Shown here: positions 1 through 21,801 of the stretch, piece after piece
How positions within the stretch are numbered: position 1 is the first letter of the stretch
Layout: the number at the start of each line of letters is the position of its first letter
Origin: the human T2T-CHM13v2.0 reference genome, Homo sapiens
Strand: one strand, 5' to 3'
Length of the DNA: 64,000 nucleotides
Assembly: GCF_009914755.1 (NCBI RefSeq)
Contig: NC_060941.1
Notes under the pieces: generated by a model
What the model saw: the letters and a program-made list of their open reading frames with translations, nothing else
Told to the model about the DNA's origin: nothing
Databases searched by the model: none
Made by a program: the position numbers and the translations under genes

Positions 1-97
1 GAAGAAGGAGGAGGAGAAGGAGAAGGATGAGGAGGAGGGAGAGGAGAAGAAGAAGAAGACGAAGAAGAAGAGGAGGAGGAGGAAGAGGAGGAGGAGA
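1..97. repeat. GA-rich (GAA/GAG)n low-complexity repeat
   Basis: Almost pure purine tract gaagaaggaggaggagaagg...; runs off the window start. Confidence 0.95.
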
Positions 98-174
98 AAA
101 CAAAGAAAAAAAGTGGTTAGGAGCCAGGGAGAATACAACAGGAAGAGCTAACATAGGTAGCAGTTCCAGACAGA

Positions 175-385
175 GAAGGGAAAACGAGACAAATTCAATA
201 TTTGAAAACATGAAGTCTGACTTTTTTTCCATATCTAATAAGCACCACCAAATGCATAGATTCTAGAGATCCAATGAATCCCAAGCAAGATAGGTAGGAA
301 GAAATTCATGTCTGGACATATTGTAGTGAAAATATAGAACACCAAAGTCAAAGAGGAGATCCTAGAAGCAACCAGAGAGAAAGCA
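175..385 (+). mobile_element. Old LINE-1 ORF1 fragment
   Basis: aatgaatcccaagcaagata...catattgtagtgaaa...gatcctagaagcaaccagagagaaag resembles the L1 ORF1 IL(K/E)AAREK region. Confidence 0.6.
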
Positions 386-542
386 GAGGAGATTCTTTAA
401 GTGTTTCAGTGTTGCAACAGTGAGATATTCAAAGGCAGGGAGTATAGGGAAATGGGGCTCTAGTAGAGCCAATTATTAAGGGTGATTTTGAGCCAGAGGA
501 GTGATACGATGAGATCTGTGTTTCAGAATCTGAGTATGGAAA

Positions 543-1193
<651 letters not shown>

Positions 1194-1397
1194 GATGCGG
1201 TTCTACTCAGCGTCATCTGATTGCTACCCTGTAAAAGTGCAGCCCCAGAGTTCTGAGCTTCTGATATCCCAAAAGAAATGGAAACAGGTGGCCCCTGGAT
1301 GAAGGAGGAGGTCAGGGGTGGCTGGAAGGCAGGTCCTGGGGAGTGTAGGGGCTGGAAGAAGACGGAGGGGGAAGGTGTGGTAGACACTATTATAATA

Positions 1398-1890
1398 GCT
1401 GACTGATCCTTGTGTACCATTCCCAATTCCCCTCTTCCCTGCTGCTTTCCACTGTGGAGGCTGGAAAAGAGAAACTACTTACCTTCTCAGCCTTTGTTGC
1501 AGCTGGGAGTGACCATGTGACACAGTTTTGGCCAATGACATCTAAGGAGTCTCATTAGATCTCATTATGTGTGTGTGGCAGGGGTGGGGGTGGGGGGTGA
1601 GGGGGGCGGGGTGCCTGGGAAATTATTGACGAAAGTGACAAACGCTTTCAATTAACCCTGAAAGTAACCATTCCTTTTCCTTTCTGTCTTAAATGCGGAG
1701 GCAGATGCAACGCCAGGAGCAGCATCAGCCACGCTGTAAACAAGGGGGAAACGCCAAGCGCATTACAGAGGACGTCAGCCCTGCCATCACTGGGCTGGGG
1801 AAACAATGCCAGCCATGGCTGGTCTCCGGGTTCACAGTGATAGGGGAAATAAACCCTTATTTGTCTAAGCCATTGTGATTTGTTTTCCTT
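1398..1890 (+). mobile_element. MLT1-family (MaLR) LTR, degenerate
   Basis: gaccatgtgacacagttttggccaatga core; 3' end aataaacccttatttgtctaagccattg. Confidence 0.6.
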
Positions 1891-2124
1891 TTTTTTTTTT
1901 TTCAGCCACTTTACAGAAGAGGGATATTTGTTAAAATTCAGAAGGAGAGAGAAAAGGAGAGACTGCGCAGGTTGAAACGGTGGTGGGAAAATGTCAAAGA
2001 GAGAGAGACTTTGTTTGCAGGTGGCAGGGGCCTGAGCACGATTTTGTCACAATAGCAGATTGAGCACAGGATGTGCCAGGCACAGCGCTTTATACTGATC
2101 GACGCGTTTTAAAAATATTTTGTA

Positions 2125-2582
<458 letters not shown>

Positions 2583-2759
2583 AGAACGCATTTAGTTCTC
2601 ACTGCAACTTTCTGAGGCAGGCTGTGCTGTTATCCCCACCACACAGAGGGAACTGCGGTGCTCTTCTTAGACAAGAAAAGCGCCAGCCAGCGGGTGGTGA
2701 GGCAGGATTTGAACTCGAGCACACGGAGCCCATCCAGTCCCGATGGACTGACTCCTCCG

Positions 2760-3665
2760 TCAGCGGAGGAGGGAGCGAGTCGTTAGGTGAACAGTGAGTG
2801 TCTCAGGGTCCCGAGTGTGAGGTGGGGCGTCGGATGTGTCGCGGGGTCCTGCCTGGCCGTGTCCGGGCCGAGGCAGGGGAGGACGATCCGGGGCAGGGCA
2901 GCCAGCACTGCTCTCCCTGAGGGCCGGGGCTGTGCGCGCTGCGCGGTCTGTGCGTGGGATACGCCGGGCCCCGCCTCGCCTTCCCGCCCCGTCTCCCAGT
3001 CCTCCGCCCTGGCCCTGCCATAGGGAGCCCGGCCCGGGGGTTCTGCGGCTGCCGCAGCCCTGACAGGGGCCGGGGACGTGGAGGGAGCGGGCCGGCGCTG
3101 GCGCAGCCGCAGAACTGTGCAGGAGAGACTGTGACCCCGGTGGCCCTCTCTGAGTCTTGGTTTCTTCCTCCGTGAAATGGGGCTTGAGCAGCGCCTCCTC
3201 GACGGGGAAGAGGGCCCGCAGAGACAGCGCGCCAGAGAGTCCAGGGCAGCGCAGGGAAGGAGCCTGTGGATCCCTCCCAGACCCATCCCACCGCCGATCC
3301 CGCCCAGGGGCGGCCCAGAGCATTTCCTGAAGGGCCTCAGGAAATACCAGGCCCCCGCCCCCAACCCTCCCGCCACCCCCGCCGCCCCCGCCCGTCCGCC
3401 CGCTAGCGTCCAGCTCCCTGGCCGCCCCTCCCCCGCCTCCTTCCGGCCGGCCCCCTGCTCGCATCTTGGCTTGCTGAGGCTGCGGGTCTTGGCCGGGCCT
3501 TCGAGAATCCCCCGCCGCCTCCCCTTCTGGATGTATCTGCGCCGCCTCCTTTCTCCCTCCCCTTCCTTCCAGCCCTTCATTCCCTCGGGGCGGGCGGGCA
3601 GGCCGGCAGGCCCCGCGCAAACCTGGGGAAAGGTAGGTGGAGGGTGCGGGGTCCGATAACTGGCG
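2760..3665. promoter_or_regulatory. CpG island, probable promoter
   Basis: Very high GC and CpG density; multiple GC boxes (ccccgccc); C-run tract ~3352-3440; plus-strand donor aag|gtaggt at 3632/3633. Confidence 0.75.
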
Positions 3666-5825
3666 GCCACACCCAGTAGGCCAGGCAGCTGCAGGAAAGA
3701 GGTTAAAGGAGTTGGAAGAGATTCTGGGAACTCGGGGAAGGAATCAGGGAAAGCTGCCTGGAGGAGGCGACATTTAAGTTTGGACTGGAAGAGCAAGGCG
3801 GGTCAGACAATAATTCATGTATTTACCAAGCATTTATCGAGCACTTACTGTGTTCAAGACCCTGGGGTTGGGGCAGGAGGCAAGATAACTGTGTCCTTAT
3901 GGGTTTTGCAGTAGGGAAAACAGTGAAGGCAACCATCTCACAAACTGCTGGAGTTGAGACCACCAGAGGGGACAATAGAATGTTAGTTCCATTTGATCAA
4001 TGAGACCAGAGAGGACTGGGGTGAAATTACTTTCCCACAGTCACAAGTAGTAGAACTGGGATTCGAACGTGTGCTACTGTAACATGAGCCCCTAACCACA
4101 GGAGTCTCTGTGGCTTTTCAAAGCAGACACGCTGCTGCACACAGGAGCAGCTGCCAGCCTGCCTTGCAGCAGCCATGGCCATGCTGCAGGGCCCACCCGG
4201 GGCAGGTGCTGGCAGAGGGGACAGCCAGCCACTGGTGGGAGATCTTGCCCTGGGAGAGGCAGCAGCGGAAATTGCTGTGGGATGGTGGAGGCTGTGGTGG
4301 CCATGATGTGGTTGCTTCGGGGCCCCTGTGGTTCCAACCAGGGCACTGTGCCTGCCTTCTGTGGCTTCTTCACCCACAGAGAACCCTCACTGGGGCCATG
4401 TCCTGCTTCCTGGAGCTGAGATTGAGTCTGGGAGCCCAGGTGGAACCCTTCTCACTCTCTGGGGACCTCCCACCCTTTATCTCCTGGGAGGCTGGGCTAG
4501 CATTCCTGCTTTATAGAAGAGGAAACCAGGGTCAGAGAGGCATGATGGCTCGTCCAGGGCCACACAGCAGAAGGCCCGTGTCTGCTCAATGACTGAAGAT
4601 ACGCGGCTCTTTTCTTGATTCTCCATTCATTCGTTCATTCACTCACTCACTGTAACACACGCACATATCCTCTGGGTACTCACTATTCCATTGCACAGCA
4701 ACCTGAAGGCTTCCAGCTAAGCTTGAGCACCTGAGGACCAGCGACTCTGCCTGGGGGCTTCATCCAGCAGCTGCAGCCTGCTGGCCCCTGCCCCAGAAGG
4801 CCACCGTGGTGCTAGAGTAGGCTGTAAAGTGCTATCCCCCGAGTAGCCTTGATGCACAACTGACCTGGTGAGAGTTAGTGATAAACAGTTCTGCATCATC
4901 GCCCAAGGTTCCCCAGCTGTCCATAGTGTTATGTGCTCATTCCCATACCCTTTGTTGGCTCCTTCCCTTCCCTGTATCATTTTCCTGACAACCTGAAGGT
5001 GATTCTTGGGATCTCATTCAAGCCAAAAACCTTGCACTGGAATATTTTTCCGGACTGGGCTTCTGAGGGTAGCAAATGAAGACATTCATTTATTCAGTCT
5101 TCAAACACGATTGACCTAACCTGAGCCCGCCCCATGCTGGGCTCTGGGGGTGTGGGCATGATTCATAGGCATTTTCTGGCCTCCAGAGCCCCTTGCTTGA
5201 CGGAAGAGGCAGGAACAGCTTCTGATGATTCTAACCCAGTGTGGTTAATGACGTGACCACATCTCCAGGGAGAATGACCCCTTCTGCCTGGGAGGTCAAG
5301 CGGCATCTCCAAAGATGTTCCCTTCCAGCTTGGCTTTGAAGGATGAGGAGGTGTTCCCCATCGGGACCAGGGGGCTGGGGAAATGGCATTCTTGGCAAAG
5401 AGAACAGCATGTGCAGACCAGGAGCAGGAGCAAGGAGGGGCTGACAGATGGTGGCACTAGGGACGTTGGCAGGGTCAGACTGTGCCAGCCTTGAAGGCCA
5501 GGGGAGACCCTGGGACTGTGGCGTGGTCATGGGAAACCACCACTGACAGTTTTGGAGCAAGGGCAGGATTTGGTTTTAGGAAACGCACTTTCTCTGGAAA
5601 GACCTACAGGTTTAACGGTCCTTCCTTCCTCATTGTAACTCCCAGCAAGTCAAGGGAGTCCACCCTGGTGCAGCTGAACAGCAGCATCGCTATACGTGGA
5701 GCTCTTATTAACACTTCATTCACTGGGTCTTCACACCCTTGAGTGAAGCATCCTTTTTAGTAACCTCTTTTTATAAGTGGGGAAACTGAGGCACGGTACA
5801 GGACTCAATCAAGGTCCCATAGCTA

Positions 5826-6480
<655 letters not shown>

Positions 6481-7392
6481 AGCTGTGTTTCTTTGGCTTT
6501 AAGCCCATCCTCTACGTTGCGCCACTGCCATGCTTTTCAGAGGCTAGAGGGCTCCAGGAACCACCTTCTTTCCCCGGCACAGCCCTGGGGGTGGGTGGGT
6601 GGGCAGAGAAGGGACAAGCAGCCCAAGTCACAGCCAGGGATGGAGACAGCATGGCTTCTTTCGGAGAAATGAAGAAGCAGGAGTGTTATTCTTGGCCAGG
6701 ATGGGAAACGGGTTGGAATCTTGGCTCCTATGCTCACCAGCCATGTGGTCTGTGGCAAGCCACATCCTCTCTCTGTGTCTTGACTTACCCATCTGTAAAA
6801 TGGTGGCTCCTCATAACCCCCACCTCATAGGGCTGTTGTGAAGATTGAACGTACTGAAGACTCAAATTCTTAGTACACTGCCAGGCACGTAGGAAGAGCT
6901 CTTAGAGTGTTATTTTATAGCCCTCATTTGAGAGGGTGTGGGCAGGAGCACAGCCTCTGGGCTCCAATCCACAAACTGCCATCTACTAGTCCATTTGTGA
7001 GCTGGCTGGTAAATTCACCTTCCTGGGCCTCAGTTTCTTCATCAGTAAAATGGGATAATGATGGTGCCTTCCTAGTTGGGTTGTGGTGAAGGTTAAATGA
7101 GATGCCATGTGGAAGTGCAGAGGAGAAGGGCTGCTATAAGGGGCTCCAGGTGGGTGCTGCTGTTATGATTGGGCACCTACTGCATGCTGTGTCCCTGCAT
7201 ACAGGAGTCGACCTTTGAGACCTGCTTATTCATGGCTGTTTCACGGATGTCGAAGTGGAGGCTCAGCAGGGTTGGAGGTTCCCGGAGTCTCCCAGCTGGT
7301 AAGGGCGGTGTCAGGACTGGAACCCCAGCCAGGCTGACTCAGACATCCCTGGGGCCTGAGCCCAGCAGGGCAGCTGTGACTCAAGTTTGCAG

Positions 7393-7842
7393 GAAGAGGA
7401 GGAGGAGGGTGGGGTAAATGGGTGCTTGACGGAAGCCACAACCTCTATTCCCTCAGAAATGGAAGTGCTTGGTGAGGTTTGGTGTGTCCGAGCCGAAGAG
7501 CAGCCAATGACAGGCCTGGGGATCGTCTGGCACAGCCCACTTGACAAGGCCTTGGAAACTTGGTCTCTGCAGCAGCAACCGGATTTCAGCCTGGGCCTCG
7601 GACACCTCGGCCTGGGTACGGATGCGACTTGGATGCAGTCCTTCCCTGGCAGTGGAGGGGATGCCCAGGCTGGCACAGGAGTCTCGGGTCCTCTCCGGCT
7701 CTACCCCAATCTGCTGTGTGATTTTGGGCCCAGGCAGGGACCCCTCTGGGCTCTGTTACTGGAGAAAAGGCAAATGGCTGGTACGGGTGGGTCCCCAGCC
7801 CTCCTTGCCTGGAGGTCTGCGAGTTGGAGGGCTCTGGGGTAA
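7393..7842 (+). other. Open frame antisense to the GRAPL last exon; probable exon of an antisense transcript
   Basis: Stop-free 149 codons; acceptors tttgcag (7392) and ctattccctcag (7456); first in-frame ATG at 7459; no recognisable domain. From recall only, uncharacterised duplicated LOC/GRAPL-antisense models exist at this locus. Confidence 0.35.
7701..7758 (-). CDS. GRAPL: GRAPL terminal coding exon 4: (N)NRAQRGPCLGPKSHSRLG*
   Basis: Acceptor ccttttctccag; phase fits the exon 3 end (AA|T); TAG at 7701-7703; 78+98+123+58=357 nt = 118 aa, matching the recalled GRAPL length and C-terminus. Confidence 0.85.
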
Positions 7843-10749
7843 AGCCAGAGCCAGGCCCGGGGAGAGCCTAGGCTCATCTCTGGTGAACAGGGTACCCTCT
7901 AGCCAAAGCAGGGGCAAGGCGAGGCACATGCCCCTCATATGGGAGCTGGGGCTGACCCCCTCTCCTAGCCCTGCACACCTTGAGCACGTGGCCTTGGCCC
8001 ATCTGCCCTGTGGGTGGACACTTTCCAGCCCTGGGTCCTGAACTCTACCAATCAGCAGGAACCTAGACTCCTGAGGGGTGCAGCCTGGATGGGAGGTCAG
8101 GGAACTGGGTTCCTGAGCGCATCTCTGTGCCATTCATCTCTCCATTGGTTTCCCAAATGTGGACTGAGCACACACTGTGAGTCAGGCCTGAGCTAGGTTC
8201 TAGGGATGCTACTGTCAACAAGACAGATGAAGGTTCCTGCCCTCATGGAGGGGAGGGAGACAATAAGCAAAGAAATAAATGCATGATGTAATGTCAGCCA
8301 GGGAGCGATGCTGCAAAGCAGGGTGGGCGTGGGGAGTGACGCAGGCCGGGGTTGGGGAGGCATCGTTGTAGTGGTCGGGAAGACTGCTCCGAGAGGCAGA
8401 CTGAGGGAAGGAGGATGGACATCTAGATGTCTGAGGGAAGGGCCATTTGGGCAGAGGAAAGAGCACAGGGCTCAGTGTGTGTGGGGGGGAGGTTGGAGGG
8501 GGCTCCGTGTGTAAGGGTGCGAATGGGGAAGGGAGGCAGGCTGCGAGTGGACAGGGCTATATGTAGACTTCATTCTAACTGTGACGCAAAGGCCTTGCAG
8601 GGTTTGGGAGGGGGACATGATCTCATTTGGTCTTCCCAATAACTCCCTGCCAGAAAGAGACAGAGCCCCAAATTGCAGTGAGGAAGCTGAGGCTTAGAGG
8701 ACATCCCTGCACATGTCTGGGGTGTCATATCATCATCGGAGGAGCTGGGACTCAAACCCAGCTCTGGAACCTGCTCTGTCCCCAGCTCCATGATAACATT
8801 GTGTGAGGTGCTGGGTGCAGCTCCCAACTCCTCCCTGCTCAACCATGCTCTGTTAGCCTGTGGTCTACAGAGTGGCTTCCTCCAGGGATGTCTTGATGTC
8901 TTGCCTTTTTTTTTTTTTTTTTTTTGAGACAGGGTGTTGCTCCATTGCCCAGGCTGAAGTGCAGTGGTGGGATGATAACTCACTGCAGCCTCAACTTCCT
9001 GGGCTTAACAGATCCTCCCACCTCAGCCTCTCAAGTAGCTGAGATTACAGGTGCACACCAATACGCCTGGCTAATTAAAAAACAACAAACAAACAAACAA
9101 ACAAACAAAAATATGTTTTTTTTGTAGAGATGGGGTCTCACTGGGTTGCCCAGGCTGGTCTGAAACTCTTGCCCTCAAGTGATCCTCCCGTCTCAGACTC
9201 TCCAAGTGCTAGGATTGAGCCACCACGCCCATCTGGGATGCCTTGTCTTTTATACCTTTACTCCACAAATATGTGCTTAGGCATTGCTTGCTGTGGCCAG
9301 AACCTTGCAGGGGTGAGAGACACAGGTAAATGAGAGCTGGTCCCAGCCCTCCCTCAGAAAGCTGCTGGACCACAGGGTGACAAAACTGAAGCTGTCTGTC
9401 ACATCCGGGAGCAGGTGCTATGAGGATAAGCAGCCAGAGAAGACCCCTAACTTGATCTGTGGCCATCAAAGAAGGCACCCAAGGCAGGATGCCTCCCTGA
9501 ATCCTAAAGCCAATTAGCAGTCAGCCAGGACAGCTGCTAGAGGGGGTCTAAGGGGGAGTGGAGAGGATGTTCCAGGCAGAGGGAACAGCAGACAGGAAGG
9601 CTCAGAGGTGAGTGTGAGCAGGCAGTCTCAGGGACCCCAGACAGTTGGTGAGGCTGCAGTGCTCAGGGGAGGTGTGCCAACAGGTAAGCTGGCAGGGCCG
9701 GGTCCCTGGGGGCTGGCTTGTCCTTTCTGCCATTGTCTGAGAGAGTGGGTGGCTGGTATCTGGTGGCCCAGATGAAGATAATGGAGATGCAATTGTGTTC
9801 TTCTTTCTGCTCAGTGCCTCTCAGTTAAGGACATTTGCAAAAATTAATAACAGCATATGCTTTTATGTCCTCCACTTAAATTTCCTTTGGATTAAAGAAA
9901 GTAACGGAGGGAAAGGAAGAAAAGCAGGAAGGAGCGAGAGAGGGAGGGGAGAAAGAGACAAAAGAAGGAAAATAATTTGGGGAAAAAAAATTTGTCCTTT
10001 TCTGGGCTAAGATAGCCCCAGCCTTTGCATTTTCTCACCCACTGAGTCACCAGCCTCCTGCCCTCTTTCAGGACTGTACATCTTGGCCTCTTACCTACTG
10101 TGTCCGCGTCAGCCTCCCTCACAGCCTGATGGCCCCTGCGGCAGCCCCAACCCGGTTTCAGGGGCTAAGAAAACTACAGTTGCATGAACGGGTGGAGGTG
10201 AGTGGGAGGCAGAAGCGGCGGGGAGAACCAGTCTGTTCCGAGATCTCTGGACCAACCAGTGGATCCTGATGGTCAGCCTTGTCTAGAGCCCCTTCCAGCG
10301 TGCAGGCCAGTCCTCCTGGCATTCTTCTAATTACACCGAGCTGTGAGTTATGTGTGCCAAGTATGTGCTGGATTTTGTACCAAGTGCTTTCCATTCATCA
10401 GTTCAGGGTAGTGATGCAGGTAGCTCCAGGCTCAGAGAGGAACAGTGACTTCTCCCAGGTCACACAGCTGGAAAGTGGCTGAGTCTGGATTCAAACCCAG
10501 ACTTCCTTGTTGCTAGGACCTGTATTTTCAACCACTGCCTATGCCTCTATAACGAGCCAGCTTATGGCTGTGTTCACGCAAAGAGAAAAGCATCCAAATG
10601 GGAAGGCTGGAGAATTCAAGCAATTTTCCCGCGTGTCAGACAGTCCTGTTTCCCTCTCCCTTCAAAAAAAGTCCTGGATTATCTCTCTCTCTCTCTCTCT
10701 CTTTCTTTTTCCTTTTCCTTTTTGTTTTTTTTCTTTGTTTGTTCTTTCT

Positions 10750-17452
<6,703 letters not shown>

Positions 17453-17697
17453 CGAGCCTGCTCTTTCAAACTGGCCAGAGGCAGAGCCTGTCCTGGCTGG
17501 GACTGGGCAGAGGAACTAACTGGAACCTCTCACACTCGGCGTGTCCACCCAGGACAGGCCTTGTGGGGCTGGGACTGGAGGCGGTGCAGCTGTGGGTCAA
17601 GATCATGGCAGACATGACTGCAGCGCTGCCCCGCTGTGCTTCGGGGGTGGCTGGCCTGCCTCACGGCCCAGGAGGAGCAAATTGGGCCCTATGTTTC

Positions 17698-18240
<543 letters not shown>

Positions 18241-19003
18241 CAGTGGGGAAACTGAGGCCCCGAGTGCAGCCGCGACCTGCCCAGAGCCACAACAGCAAGA
18301 AAGGTCAGAGCTGGGGCCACATTTGAGCTCATACATGTAAAACGTTGCCTAATGCCCTCCTGATTGGTTATTATCACATAACAATAGCAATAATAATTAT
18401 TCCAATTATGCTATTACTATTGTTCCAGAGCTCATCATTCCAAGTCCATTTCTACTTTGCCATGTTGCTACCTGGGCTGTGGCCCCCAGGAGGCCCTCCC
18501 TCCCTGCCTCATCCTCTCTGCCTGGCCAAACCTTAGCTACCCTTCCCAGCTCTATAGCCAGCCTGCCTGGACTTAGACCCCAGCCCACCTCTCTGGGCCT
18601 CTGCGTCCTGGCCTGCCAAATGTGGGCGATAGTGCACTCCTTGCAAGGGAGCTGAGAGGCCTGGGACCCTGGGGGCTGTGTGGGTGCTGCCAACAGAGCC
18701 ACCCTAGGCCCACCTGGCTGGGCTAGGGGCTGTGGGGAGAACACAGAACAGTCCCAGCTCCCAACCAGAAAGAAGACAGTTTAGGACCCCGAGGGAGGGC
18801 ACCTGTTCAGGTGGCTGGCGGAGCTAATAGCTGGGAAAGCCTGGGGCCCTGTGAGCCGGGTGAGGCAGGGTAGGGGCACAGGATGACCACTGGGAGGTAG
18901 ATAGCCCCTCAGCCTCCTGAGCCACAGGCTAGGGATCTTTTTGTTCACATTTGGGCTAAATGAGATCCAACCACCAGTCCAAAGCACTTGATGCCTTGAT
19001 GGG

Positions 19004-19018
19004 ACACATGCACGCGCG

Positions 19019-19063
<45 letters not shown>
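19004..19063. repeat. (CG)n(CA)n compound microsatellite
   Basis: acacatgcacgcgcgcgcgcgcgcacacacac... uninterrupted purine-pyrimidine alternation. Confidence 0.95.
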
Positions 19064-19065
<2 letters not shown>

Positions 19066-19250
19066 CTACCTCTCCTGGGTTGTAAATTGAAATCTGGTTA
19101 AACAATTTGGTCGCAATACATTTGCAAGCTTGGGTTCACCCACAGCCTGAGTTCCTTCAGGTCTATGGTTCTCCTGAACAAGAGGGTGGTGTCTGTCACC
19201 CCAGCTGCCCAGATCTGCTGCTCCATCTGTCCTATCCCTGCCTGTGGTTG

Positions 19251-19861
<611 letters not shown>

Positions 19862-21769
19862 TCAAGGCCCAGGTAAAATGGCGCATCCTGTGAGAGCTGC
19901 ATCAGACCCCATCACGCAGTCAGGGCCTTCTTGGATCCCTCAGCCCCTCTCATAGCCTTCTTGTAACTTGCTACTCAAAATGACTTGCATATGAGACACT
20001 AAAAAGGCAGGGAGGCAGGAGTGGGCCCTGAAGGTCCAGTCTAGCTGGGACTCAGCAAACAGAGCATCACTTTCCAGGTCTTAGGTCCTCATTGCGATGC
20101 TTTGTTCTTGAAACCCACTTCTGTTGGTTCTGAACTGGGATTGCAGCCCACCAGGTGTTCTGACCCTGAACCCAGGCTCCGGTGGCCAACCCATTGCTCT
20201 AAGATGCATCCAGCCCTCAGGGTCACACAGCCAGAAAGAGAGCTAGTTCATGTGCTCGTGACGCGGAGGTGGGTGTGCAGGCAGATGTGTGTCTCCTGCC
20301 CTGTCTGGCCTTCCGAAGCCTCCCAGAGGCTTCCGAGAGGCAGCCTCTGAGCCCCATGACTCCCTAGTGCCACGTGCTAACCAGCCCAGGGTTTACTGAA
20401 CTTTGGCCGTGGTGCCTGGGGAGGAGCACTGCTTCAAGCAGTGGAGTGACGGTGACCCACAGCTGGGCAGGCGAGAAGCCTGGAGACAGGGATCCCAGTG
20501 GCTCCACCTCTGGGGCACCGGGTACCCAGGCAGAAGGCCCTGACTCCCTGTTGGCCCCGAGGAGGGGCCTGCATACAGGTGGCCCCACTCCTCTGGGTGA
20601 GGGGACAGAAAGGGTGTGGTGGGTTTGAAAATGATTTCAAACCCAAACGACCACAACTTTGAATTTTATGGTATTTGAAGTTCATCTTTAGATACTTGGA
20701 AAGTTATCTAGAGCAGATAGAACGTTATCTGGAGCAGTTCTTTGATCATATAGTAGAGTCAGGGAGTGGAGAACAGGAGATAAGGGAAAGGGAGCCAGGG
20801 ACCCAGGGATTCTAGGGCTTTCCAACCTGGGAACTGGAGAATTCTCAAATCTGGGAAACGTGCATGTGCCAGCCCCTACCTAGTCTGTGTGTGGCACATA
20901 CTAGGTGCTCAGTAAATGGCAAATCTTGCCCCTTCTCCCACCTGGTCCAAATGTCCTGCTTTACAGCAGAGGACAGTGAGGCTTGGGTGCAGCCCCTCCT
21001 GCTGAGCCAGCCCCTGCCTGAGGCCAAGCGGTGCTGTCTCTGTCATCTCACAGCCCAGCATCCCAGCTGTCACTCCCTCTCCCAGCCTGGCCCTTTTCCC
21101 TAGCCTGGCTGGGCTCTTGCTCATGGCCCTCACCAGAAATAATGCCTTTTCCCTTTTCTCTGTCTAGTCTTGACCTTAGCCATCCTTCAAGGCCCAGGTG
21201 GAGCCTCAAAGCATTTGAGAATCCCCCAGACTGGGGCTACCCTCTGGGGCCTCTCCAGACCTCATCTCCACTCCCCTTCCCAAGGCCTGTGGGAACTTCA
21301 GGGCTTGCAGGAGGAACTGAATCTGAGTCCAGATGGCCCCGGAACCGGGAGGGCTGGATCCAGTGCAGCCGGCTCTGCTGCATGAGCCTCCCAGAGCCAG
21401 AGGAGGGAGGGGGCACTGGGATTGTGGGCCTGAGTTGGTGAGAGGAGAGGCTGCTGGAGCCATTCACTTCAGTGGGCAGTGCCGGGGGTGTGAGAGCGTC
21501 TCCATTGTGTCTGAGTGTGCATTCCTGGGATGCTTGTGTGTGTGTGTGTCTGTGTGTGTCTCCCACTGTGTGGAGTGACTGTTATGTGTGAGTCTCTCAC
21601 TGAGCAATCATGAGTATCTTTGTCTCTCTGTGTGACCCCTACATCCACCTACCCAGGGGAACAAGGGGCTAGGCTGACCCCTGGGCTGTCAGAAAAGCCC
21701 CAAGGACCAAGTCAGGCCTAATGCTGGCAGCAGCCAGTCCTGCCCAGCGAGTTTTTCTGGCCTGGTGGC

Positions 21770-21771
<2 letters not shown>

Positions 21772-21798
<27 letters not shown>
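21772..21798. repeat. (CAG)9 trinucleotide repeat; (CUG)9 in the GRAPL pre-mRNA
   Basis: Directly counted. Confidence 0.95.

Positions 21799-21801
<3 letters not shown>

Noticed and set aside
27-266. Poly-Arg/Gly 79-aa ORF
   Set aside because: Product of a GA simple repeat running into L1 debris
2760-3796. Long ORFs of 286 and 337 aa on the minus strand
   Set aside because: Non-ATG starts, low-complexity G/A/R/P composition and several overlapping open frames: typical CpG-island stop-codon depletion
8680-8710. EE-LRL-EDI-like KYNU similarity
   Set aside because: Wrong strand relative to the other traces, and explained by the MIR core gaggaaactgaggc
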